This document shows, in pieces, positions 10,500 through 18,860 of a stretch of DNA of 64,000 bases. Position 1 is the stretch's first letter, and each line of letters begins with the position of its first letter. Origin of the DNA: a virus; IMG/VR virus record IMGVR_UViG_3300023174_000097, positions 39,707 through 103,706 of that record. One strand, written 5' to 3'. A program made the position numbers and the translations under genes. The notes under the pieces were generated by a model that saw only the letters and a list, made by a program, of their open reading frames with translations, had not been told where the DNA came from and did not search any database.

Positions 10500-11933
10500 A
10501 TGTCAGTAAAAATTTCAGAATTAACAGCTTCTTCTGCAGTAACTTCAAACGACTTTGTTCCTATAGTTGATTATGAAACTGCCACAACAAAAAGAGCACC
10601 CGCTAATCAAATTCTTGATTATATTACTGGTTCTACTTTTAATAGTTTAACTGTTACATCTCTAACTTCTTCAAACGTTACAGCATCAAGAATTGATGTA
10701 GATCAAATTTATGCTAATGATGTTATTGGTGGAAATATTTCTGGTGATGCAGCTGGATTAACAAACATCCCAGCATCAGGAATAGAAGGTTCAATACAAT
10801 ATAATGTAAGTGGAGTACTCACTGGCGACAGTTATTTAACTTACGATTCTGAAAATTTAAAATTAATAAGTCAAAACGCAGATTTTATTTCTGTTACTGT
10901 TGATGATATATCCGGAACAACAGCGCAATTTACAACAATAACATCTTCAAATCTTATTGTCTCTGGTGGTAATGCAATATTTTATGAAATGGCGGAAATA
11001 GGTGATAATGCTTATGTTCTGTACAATTCTTCAATAGATAAATTGGTAGCGTTTCCTGGTTTATATGTAACTGGCGCTATTACTGCTTCAACTGCACTTT
11101 CTGCTTCAAATATAGGCGCAACAACAGCACAATTTACTAATCTCACTTCTTCTGCTGTTTCCAGTTCAAAATTGGAATTAAATACTGGAACTCGTACTAG
11201 TTTAAACTATGGCGCATATATTTCTGGTGTACCATATAACGGTCCACTTGTTCGGCTTGATGCAGCAGGCAATACTTCTCATATAGGTGGAAATGCCAAT
11301 TTAAATAATGGTGGATTGCAAGTTGTATTTAGTTCTGGATATACCGGAACCGGCATAACATTTGCTGGTGATTTTGAAAACTCTAATCAAAGCGCCGGAA
11401 ATAATTTAAAATTTGATACAAGTTATGCAAATCCAGTTGGCAATTCAGGATTTAATGGTTTTGCGGCAGGAACAACAGACGGACTAAATGTCGGTGGTTA
11501 TTGTGAAGCTGCTAATGGTAATGTTAGTATAGGACAAGTTGGCAAATCAATTACATCAAAAGTTTCTGGAACTAATATCGGCGTTATTGGTGTTGCTCGT
11601 AATACAGATGGAGGTTCTACAGAAATCGGAGGCTATTTTGGATTAAACAATTCAACTCCTGTTTTCTCGTCTTCAGCACTTACTGCTGATAATGGAACAA
11701 GTACAGCACCAATATTTATTGCGCGTGATAATGGTAGTGAAGTATTTACAATTTCGGATGGTGGAAATACAATAATATCAGGCAACTTAACTGTTACCGG
11801 TTCGGATTCAAGTATAGCATTTTCTGCAAGTAATTCATCTCATTGGACCGGTTCACCTCCATCAACATTGCAAGAAGCATTAAATAGAATAGCGGCGGCA
11901 ATATATAGTGGAATAACAGGCTCTATTGCTTAA
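10500..11933 (+). CDS. Tail fibre/spike protein
   Basis: N-terminal VKISEL motif, GSIQYN..G.LTG fibre motif, Ser/Thr/Gly-rich beta repeats. Confidence 0.65.
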   Translation: MSVKISELTASSAVTSNDFVPIVDYETATTKRAPANQILDYITGSTFNSLTVTSLTSSNVTASRIDVDQIYANDVIGGNISGDAAGLTNIPASGIEGSIQYNVSGVLTGDSYLTYDSENLKLISQNADFISVTVDDISGTTAQFTTITSSNLIVSGGNAIFYEMAEIGDNAYVLYNSSIDKLVAFPGLYVTGAITASTALSASNIGATTAQFTNLTSSAVSSSKLELNTGTRTSLNYGAYISGVPYNGPLVRLDAAGNTSHIGGNANLNNGGLQVVFSSGYTGTGITFAGDFENSNQSAGNNLKFDTSYANPVGNSGFNGFAAGTTDGLNVGGYCEAANGNVSIGQVGKSITSKVSGTNIGVIGVARNTDGGSTEIGGYFGLNNSTPVFSSSALTADNGTSTAPIFIARDNGSEVFTISDGGNTIISGNLTVTGSDSSIAFSASNSSHWTGSPPSTLQEALNRIAAAIYSGITGSIA

Positions 11934-11965
11934 ATTAATCTATTTATAACAAAGGATAAATAAAA

Positions 11966-12370
11966 ATGTCAACAGATTTTATGAGTTTACATAGACCAGG
12001 TATAGGAAATGCTGCTTCCTATCAAGTATCTGGTATTCCATGGGTTTCAAGTTCGCTTGCTGTTCCTGCAAGCGGCTCAACAACATTAGAAATAAGTTTT
12101 CCACAAGTAACAAAAAGCATTATCGTTAAAAATGCAAGTACAGGTTCTGTTCAAATGCGTGTTGGATTCAGCGATAATGGCGTGAAAACTTCAAATAATT
12201 TCTTTATTTTATCTGGCGGTGAAAGTTTCGCAGCCGATCTAAAAGTAACAAGAATTTATTTAATGAGTAACAATGGCACTGCTTTGACTGCAAGTGTTAT
12301 TGCAGGTTTAACAAACATTCCAGCAACCGAATTAACAAATAATTGGTCTGGTTCAGCAGGAGTAGGTTGA
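11966..12370 (+). CDS. Small virion structural protein
   Basis: Own late motif (11940) and AGGA SD; beta-rich, S/T/G-rich. Confidence 0.55.
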   Translation: MSTDFMSLHRPGIGNAASYQVSGIPWVSSSLAVPASGSTTLEISFPQVTKSIIVKNASTGSVQMRVGFSDNGVKTSNNFFILSGGESFAADLKVTRIYLMSNNGTALTASVIAGLTNIPATELTNNWSGSAGVG

Positions 12371-12371
12371 A

Positions 12372-14228
12372 ATGAGTTTTAATGACGGCTTTAATATCAG
12401 ATCAGTTCCATGGCCATCAAACACACCAGTAAGTGGTAATACGCTCGTTTATAATGGCTCACAATGGATTGCAGGAACCGTAAGTGGTTCTGGTGGTAGT
12501 GGAACAGGAGATATTACAGCTGTCAATGCTGGAACTAATTTAACTGGTGGTGGAGATACTGGAGATGTAACCGTTTCTCTTTCTTCATCTGTTGTTGGAC
12601 TAAATAATCTACAAACAACAACTTTAACTGCTTCTCACGTTACGGGAACAGATTTAAAAATAGACTATATTGATTTTAACAACAATCTTGTTGAACCAAC
12701 ATTTCAAACCGGTAGATTGCACTATGATCCAGCAACAAGCGATCTAATTTATGATACAAATGTATCTGGTGTTACAATAAATATCGGACAACAAACCGTT
12801 GTTAGAGCAAAAAATACAAGTGGTTCTCCAATAAGCAAGGGTAAATTTGTAAGAATAACGGGTGGTTCAGGTTCATTTCCAGTTATAGCATTAGCAAGTT
12901 GGACTGATGAAGGAAATTCTGCTAATACAATTGGCGCTGTAATGCAAGATGTATTACAGAATGGATTTACATACGTTCTTTTAAATGGCACTCTTGAAGG
13001 CGTAAATACCAACAATGGTGTTTATAACGCTGGCGATTTATTATATCTCTCTTCAAGTGGTGACTTTACAAAAGTTCAACCATTACCGCCAAAACATGCA
13101 GTAAGATTAGGTCAAATTGTTCGTGCTCAAACTAATAATGGTGTTATATTCGTTAAAGTTGATAATGGATATGAGCTTGGTGAATTACATGATGTATACA
13201 CAGGTTCTGTGGCAAATGGTGATTTATTAGTTTATAACACATCGCTAACTGCTTGGAATAATTCAAAAACTTTAAGTGGAAATTATACTGTAAGTGGTAG
13301 TTTTGTAACAAATAATATTGGCAACAATATTCATCTTGTTGTAAGTGGTGGTTTGTTTTCAACTCTCCAACAAGCAGTAGACATTTCGGTAGATGGTGAT
13401 GTTATATTGGTTGGTCCGAATACAGTTGGATGGGGCGATGTTAGTTTGCCTCAATTAAAAAAACTTTCAATTGTAGGTTTAGGTGCAAAAAGAACTCCAC
13501 TTGTTGTGAAAGTTGGAAAAATTAATTTCGGTCCAACAAGCGGTGCTACAGCTACTGTAAATGAAATTCATTTAGAAAATCTTTATATATCATCTCTCGT
13601 AACATCTTCAGCATGTGTGAATATTTCTGGTACTGCTCCATGTCGTGTAAGATTTGAAGGTTGTTATATTAATAATGCTGCAAATTCTGGAAATGGCATA
13701 TTTATGAGTTCATCAAATACCAGTTCGGTTGTTTATTTAAATGATTGTATGGTATATGGCGCAAGTGATGTTTCTGGTGCTGGTTTGTGGACAGAAGCAG
13801 GAACTGTGTATATCAATAATTGCGATTTTGATGGATATAAACATTCCTTATATTTAACAGGTGCATCTGTTCTTGTTCCTTATACAGAAATTGGATTATC
13901 TAAATTCACAACAAGAAACGCGTTTGATGTTGTTAAAATTGATGGTGGTCTTTTTTCTGGAAATAGTAATTATTTTGAAAATCTCACTTTAAATGCTAAT
14001 GGAATAAGAGCCAATAATTATACTTCTGTAATAATAACAAATAGTATTTTTAATATAGCAACCGGAAGTGGTTATGTTGTAACCACTGATAATGCTTGTT
14101 CACTTATCACCGGTAGTAATACTTACACATCTTTTAACAGTATACTTGGTACAATATCAAGAAATAATAAAGTAAAGTCAACTGTTGGCAGATACAGCAT
14201 TACTAGTTCCTTAACGCCAACTTTATAA
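12372..14228 (+). CDS. Tail fibre/spike with a probable pectin-lyase-like beta-helix C-terminus
   Basis: GDITAVNAGTNLTGGG and ELGELHDV...GDLLVYN fibre motifs; FSTLQQAVD...GDVILV beta-helix entry followed by repeats such as FEGC, LNDC, INNC. Confidence 0.65.
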   Translation: MSFNDGFNIRSVPWPSNTPVSGNTLVYNGSQWIAGTVSGSGGSGTGDITAVNAGTNLTGGGDTGDVTVSLSSSVVGLNNLQTTTLTASHVTGTDLKIDYIDFNNNLVEPTFQTGRLHYDPATSDLIYDTNVSGVTINIGQQTVVRAKNTSGSPISKGKFVRITGGSGSFPVIALASWTDEGNSANTIGAVMQDVLQNGFTYVLLNGTLEGVNTNNGVYNAGDLLYLSSSGDFTKVQPLPPKHAVRLGQIVRAQTNNGVIFVKVDNGYELGELHDVYTGSVANGDLLVYNTSLTAWNNSKTLSGNYTVSGSFVTNNIGNNIHLVVSGGLFSTLQQAVDISVDGDVILVGPNTVGWGDVSLPQLKKLSIVGLGAKRTPLVVKVGKINFGPTSGATATVNEIHLENLYISSLVTSSACVNISGTAPCRVRFEGCYINNAANSGNGIFMSSSNTSSVVYLNDCMVYGASDVSGAGLWTEAGTVYINNCDFDGYKHSLYLTGASVLVPYTEIGLSKFTTRNAFDVVKIDGGLFSGNSNYFENLTLNANGIRANNYTSVIITNSIFNIATGSGYVVTTDNACSLITGSNTYTSFNSILGTISRNNKVKSTVGRYSITSSLTPTL

Positions 14229-14246
14229 TTCTGTTATAACATTTAA

Positions 14247-14768
14247 ATGATCCTAGGACTTGACATATCAACTTCATGCACCGGTATAACTATATTAGAT
14301 TATACTGATCGTGTTGTTTTAAATGATTGCTGGAAATTTAAAGAAGATGATGTCTTTGATAAATTAGAACGTGCAAAAAAAGAAATAAGAGAACTAAAAA
14401 AGAAACATCCAATAACAGAAGTGTTTGTTGAAGAAAGCCTTCAAGCATTTCGTCCTGGTTTTTCATCTGCAAAAACAATTCTTTCACTTGCTAAATTTAA
14501 CGGTATTCTTTGCTGGATGATTTGGGAAGAATTAGGAATAAAAGTTAAATATATCGGCTCAACAACTGCAAGAAAGAATTGTGGAATAAAGATAATAAAA
14601 GGAACTCCAGCCAAGCAACAAGTGATGGAATGGATGCTGCAAAATCAATCATGGTTTAAAGTAGAAAAGAAAAAAAATAGTGACAAGATAAAAGATCATT
14701 ATTATGATATGGCAGATAGTTTTGTCATCGCCAGAGCAGGATTTCTCTCCATAACGAACAACAAATAA
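14247..14768 (+). CDS. ruvC: RuvC-like Holliday junction resolvase
   Basis: MILGLDISTSCTG (catalytic Asp strand), VFVEE, C-terminal DMADS. Confidence 0.8.
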   Translation: MILGLDISTSCTGITILDYTDRVVLNDCWKFKEDDVFDKLERAKKEIRELKKKHPITEVFVEESLQAFRPGFSSAKTILSLAKFNGILCWMIWEELGIKVKYIGSTTARKNCGIKIIKGTPAKQQVMEWMLQNQSWFKVEKKKNSDKIKDHYYDMADSFVIARAGFLSITNNK

Positions 14769-14840
14769 TTGAAACTAATTATAGTAGTTCTGAGATTTTT
14801 CAGGACAGGATTTCTTTATTTCTTTTTGGAGGATTTATAA

Positions 14841-15842
14841 ATGTTTTTTTATTGCGAAAAGACACCAATTGTTTTGTCAACGAGTGTCGCAACACTATCT
14901 TTTAGTAATATTGCTGTTAATTCAAGTAGTTCGGTAACTTTTACAGTTAACTCAACTGGCGATACAACAGAAACTATTACATTAACCGACGATTCAAATC
15001 AATTTGATTTTTCACCAAGCTCATTCAGCCTATTTGGTGGAGAAAGTCAAGTTGTTACAGCAAACTTTAGACCAACTGCTTCTGCAAGAAAAACTGCAAA
15101 AGTAACAATTACAGCTTCAGGTGGAAGTGTTAGTAGCGTTGCTCTAACCGGTTCAGCAACAACCTATAATACTTTATTGAATACCGATGCATTAGCACCA
15201 TATGTTTATGCAGATCGTGAAAAAGGTTTAACACCACCTTCTGGCGTTGGTTCATTCCCAACAGGAAGTACCGGATGGATGTTTAAAAACATAACATCAA
15301 CTGGTGTTAGCTCATCATTTAATTATTATTTCTATGATGCCGGTATAACAAATAGTGCATCAGTTTCACAATTAGATAATGCATATGCTGTAGTCACAAT
15401 GAACGCCAATACAGCAGCTTCTTCAAGTTGGCGTCCATTTCTTACAATTTATACTAATCGTACGAGACCAGTTACACAAGCAGAAATCAATTCAGGTACA
15501 TACTGGTTTGATAGCCGCTTAAGTTATTCAATATATACCGGTTCAGTTTCTGCTAATACAAAATATTTGATGTATTTCGGAAATGATCCAGGTGTATATC
15601 CATCTTTACCAAGATTGAAGATGGGTCTTATGACTAATCCATTAGTAACAATAACTTCTTCACTGACACCAAACGAAGCAGTTTATAGTCTTAGTGTTGC
15701 CACTGCTGCAGGCTCACCTTCATCAGCGGGCGCACCAGCTTATTCTACTAATTTGAATAAGCAAATAATTGTCACAGAAGCTGTTGGATTCCAATCAACA
15801 AAAGGAACTGGCAGCTGGTATGAAACAATGTTACGCTCTTGA
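14841..15842 (+). CDS. Virion decoration protein with an N-terminal ASH/choice-of-anchor-D-like Ig domain
   Basis: LSFSNIAVNSSSSVTFTV...FSPSSFSL...VTANFRPT...VALTG; homologous to the repeats in 40555..41853. Confidence 0.6.
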   Translation: MFFYCEKTPIVLSTSVATLSFSNIAVNSSSSVTFTVNSTGDTTETITLTDDSNQFDFSPSSFSLFGGESQVVTANFRPTASARKTAKVTITASGGSVSSVALTGSATTYNTLLNTDALAPYVYADREKGLTPPSGVGSFPTGSTGWMFKNITSTGVSSSFNYYFYDAGITNSASVSQLDNAYAVVTMNANTAASSSWRPFLTIYTNRTRPVTQAEINSGTYWFDSRLSYSIYTGSVSANTKYLMYFGNDPGVYPSLPRLKMGLMTNPLVTITSSLTPNEAVYSLSVATAAGSPSSAGAPAYSTNLNKQIIVTEAVGFQSTKGTGSWYETMLRS

Positions 15843-15863
15843 TACTATAAAATAGTAATTTAG

Positions 15864-15896
15864 TATCCCCCTTGAAATATAGGGGGATATTTTTTT
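15864..15896 (+). terminator. Intrinsic terminator
   Basis: tatccccct-tgaaatat-agggggata followed by a T-run. Confidence 0.8.
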
Positions 15897-15918
15897 AAAC
15901 ACTATTTATAGAAGAATT

Positions 15919-16167
15919 ATGCCTCTTTATTATCGTGAACCTTTAATAAAACTATTATTTAGAGAATCATTTGAATATCCAAGTTGGACAGGTACATATG
16001 ATACAGGTAGTATCATTTATCCAACATTTACCGGTTCAGTTGTTTTTGCAGAAAGTTATGAATATCCAAGTTGGATTGGAACATATGATACAGGAAGTAT
16101 AATTTCTCCAACATTTACAGGTTCAGTTTTGTTTTCAGAAACATACGACTCTGGTTCATGGCCATAA
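15919..16167 (+). CDS. Small virion protein made of ~29-aa tandem repeats
   Basis: F.ES[FY]EYPSW.GTYDTGSII.PTFTGSV twice plus a partial third copy; late motif at 15901. Confidence 0.65.
   Translation: MPLYYREPLIKLLFRESFEYPSWTGTYDTGSIIYPTFTGSVVFAESYEYPSWIGTYDTGSIISPTFTGSVLFSETYDSGSWP
15973..16160 (+). repeat. 87-bp coding tandem repeat
   Basis: gaatatccaagttgg...ggttcagtt starts at 15973 and again at 16060. Confidence 0.85.
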
Positions 16168-16187
16168 TTAATAAAGGATTTTAACAT

Positions 16188-16976
16188 ATGTCTCAAAGTG
16201 ATTGGAATTTTATTTTAGCTGATGCAAATACTTTTATTGGTGGCACTTCCGGCAGTGCAAAACAGCATACTGATTTTTCAAATCCATTAACTAGTTCAGG
16301 TGATTGGTGTAGATATTTTCAACCAGATAATGGCGTTCAATCATATCGTCAGCTTGCAATGATTCCTGTTGGTAATTCTGAATTAACAAGCTCATCTGGA
16401 TATGAATATGGATATGGATATTCTATGAGAGTGTGGACGAGAGCAGAGTGGAACGCTTGTGGAACTCTTTTAACATTTAAAAATTACAGCGATTTATCAA
16501 TCACATATCCTCCAGATCCTTTTTATAATATTAAAAATTCTTTGGGCTATGGATTATGTATCTATAATAGCACAGAATTAACTTTATTCTGTAATTCCAG
16601 TAATGCCATTCAAGTCAACGAAAGTCTTGATCCTGCGTATAATCAATATGGATATAGTAAAAATATTAGCATATCAACAGCAAATAATATCTGGAAAGGT
16701 ATTAGAATGGACGTTACTCCAATATCAGGAGCTTATGATAAAATAACAGTATATACTGCAGAAAGAACAACTCCGGATGTATGGACAGAAAGACATACAG
16801 TTAATATTCCACGAACAAAAACCGGTGCATATATTCCTTGGGCAAATAATCCAAATGGCGACGGTGCTGCTGCAAGCGGAAAAGGATATATGGGAATAAG
16901 AGTGTGGGCTAGATATGATACCGCTCCTGTATCAATCGATCAATTTGAAGTATATAAACAAAGAATAATCCCTTGA
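16188..16976 (+). CDS. Hypothetical virion protein, possibly a lectin-like beta sandwich
   Basis: AGGA SD; aromatic and beta-rich; late cluster. Confidence 0.5.
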   Translation: MSQSDWNFILADANTFIGGTSGSAKQHTDFSNPLTSSGDWCRYFQPDNGVQSYRQLAMIPVGNSELTSSSGYEYGYGYSMRVWTRAEWNACGTLLTFKNYSDLSITYPPDPFYNIKNSLGYGLCIYNSTELTLFCNSSNAIQVNESLDPAYNQYGYSKNISISTANNIWKGIRMDVTPISGAYDKITVYTAERTTPDVWTERHTVNIPRTKTGAYIPWANNPNGDGAAASGKGYMGIRVWARYDTAPVSIDQFEVYKQRIIP

Positions 16977-16978
16977 CC

Positions 16979-17007
16979 TTGACAAGACGCGAACGAGCTG
17001 ATAGCGT
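16979..17007 (+). promoter_or_regulatory. Sigma70-type promoter for the primase region
   Basis: TTGACA 16979-16984, 17-nt spacer, TAGCGT 17002-17007; ATG at 17017 has no SD. Confidence 0.6.
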
Positions 17008-17016
17008 CGTGCTTGA

Positions 17017-17163
17017 ATGTCCGACTCCCACAAAGAACAGATCCTCATAGAAATTCTAAGCACTCCCCTCCGTTCTGGCGGGGAGTTACTTTTTTATTGT
17101 CCTAAATGCAAACATCATAAACCAAAATGCGATACTATTTATCATTATGCAACAAATTATTAA
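17017..17163 (+). pseudogene. Truncated duplicate of the primase N-terminus (48 aa; not in ORF track)
   Basis: MSDSHKEQILIEILSTPLRSGGELLFYCPKCKHHKPKCDTIYHYATNY*; 23/32 aa identical to KEQILIDIFGVPLHSGEELLFQCKKCSHHKPK of the primase. Confidence 0.85.
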
Positions 17164-17953
17164 TACTGGAATATATTGCATAAGAAACATTATAAACAAT
17201 AAAATATACATTGGTTCTTCGTGTAATATTAAAAAAAGATTTAGATATCATAAATGGCAATTAAATAACAATAAACATCATTCATTTTTACTACAAAATG
17301 CGTGGAATAAATATGGAGAAAATAGTTTTGTATTTGAAGTTCTACAAGAAGTAGAAACACATTTACTGATAACCGAAGAACAAAAATGGCTAGATGAAAA
17401 GAAAACATATCAACCAGAAAATGGGTACAACATATCAAACATAGCAGGAAATCCTTTAAATTTATTTACAGAAGAAACAAGAAAAAAGATTTCACTCAAA
17501 AATAAAGGAAAAATAGTTTCTGAAGAAACCCGTAAAAAAATGAGTGCTTCTCGTCTAGGAAAATCTCTTTCGGAAGAGCATAAGAAAAAATTAAGTGAAA
17601 TAAAGAAGGGGAAAACGTTTTCGGAAGAACACAAAAAAAATTTAAGTAATTCACAAAGAGGATTAACTAGACAATTTTCGGAACAACACAAAAAGAAACT
17701 AAGTGAAGCAAAAAAAGGAAAATGTATTTCTAATGAACACAAACAAAAGATCAGTTTGACTAGCCGTGGAAGGAATAGTAAACTTACAGCAGAACAAATT
17801 TTAGAATTAATTTCTTTATATGAGACAGGAAATCATTCTACAAGAGAATTAGCAAAAATTTTTAATATTTCTAAAAGCAACGTCCATTCAATTGTTGCTA
17901 GAAAGACGTGGAAATACCTTGACGATAAACCAGAAGGAACAGATATTAATTGA
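17147..17953 (+). mobile_element. Free-standing GIY-YIG homing endonuclease with NUMOD3 repeats and a C-terminal HTH
   Basis: GIYCIRNIINNKIYIG, KRF..H, repeated SEE[TH][RK]KK[LMI]S units, STRELAKIFNISKSNV. Confidence 0.92.
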
Positions 17954-18860
17954 TATTTTTGGAGTTCCTCTACACTCAGGAGAGGAATTACTTTTTCAAT
18001 GTAAGAAGTGCTCACATCACAAGCCTAAACTGAGCTGTAATGTCCGTAAAAACGTTTTTAAATGTTGGGTATGCAACTTTACGGGAACTAACTTAACAAG
18101 GCTGGTAAAGCGTTATGGTTCGTATAAACAGAAACAAGAGTGGAGTAGGTATGATGACAAAATTGATTTGTCTTCCACTTCTTTTGCAGATACTTTATTT
18201 GGAGAACAAGAAGCAAATGAGACGCTACTTAATCTCCCTAAAGAATTTATTTCCTTAACAGGAAAGCACAATTCTCTTTCAAATGTCGCTCTTCGTTATT
18301 TATATGAGCGAGGAATAACAAAAGAAGATATTTTAAAGTGGAAGATTGGTTATTGTCCGGATGGCGAATATGGTGGACGAGTTATTGTTCCCAGCTTCAA
18401 CCTTGAAGGAAAAATAAATTATTTTATTGGTCGTTCTTATCGTGATGATTGGATGAAATATAAAAATCCGCCACTGCACAAAAATTCTATTATCTTTAAT
18501 GAATTATATGTTGATTGGGATAGTGATTTGGTCTTGACAGAAGGCGTATTTGATGCTATTGTCGCGGGTAATGCTATACCCCTTCTCGGTTCAACTTTAC
18601 CCGAAACAAGCCGTTTATTTCAGGAAGTTGCGAAACATGACACGCCGATTTACATTGCGCTTGATCCGGATGCGGAGAAAAAAGCGAAATACTTGATTAG
18701 AGATATGTTGCAATATGGAATTGAACTCTATAAAATAGATGTTCGTGGTTTCCAAGATGTTGGCAGCATGACTAAGCAAGAATTTGTAGAAAGAAAAAAT
18801 TCTGCATTACCGATGAATGCAGAAAGTTTATTTAAGTATCAATTACAAGGAATCATATGA
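17919..18860 (+). CDS. DNA primase (T4 gp61/DnaG-like: Zn ribbon + TOPRIM)
   Basis: CKKC...CWVC Zn ribbon, YLYERGI, KYKN, TEGVFDA, LDPDA. Start uncertain (TTG 17919 after GGA, or TTG 17892). Confidence 0.88.
   Translation: MTINQKEQILIDIFGVPLHSGEELLFQCKKCSHHKPKLSCNVRKNVFKCWVCNFTGTNLTRLVKRYGSYKQKQEWSRYDDKIDLSSTSFADTLFGEQEANETLLNLPKEFISLTGKHNSLSNVALRYLYERGITKEDILKWKIGYCPDGEYGGRVIVPSFNLEGKINYFIGRSYRDDWMKYKNPPLHKNSIIFNELYVDWDSDLVLTEGVFDAIVAGNAIPLLGSTLPETSRLFQEVAKHDTPIYIALDPDAEKKAKYLIRDMLQYGIELYKIDVRGFQDVGSMTKQEFVERKNSALPMNAESLFKYQLQGII

Noticed and set aside
15919-16167. Possible CRISPR-like or DGR template/variable repeat
   Set aside because: In-frame 87-bp coding repeat with no spacers, mostly synonymous differences, and no reverse transcriptase or cas gene in the window.
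17128-18030. Group I intron or ribosomal bypass joining the upstream primase fragment to the primase body
   Set aside because: The interval is filled by the endonuclease ORF and the second primase start, with no visible intron core; the downstream copy already has a complete Zn ribbon.
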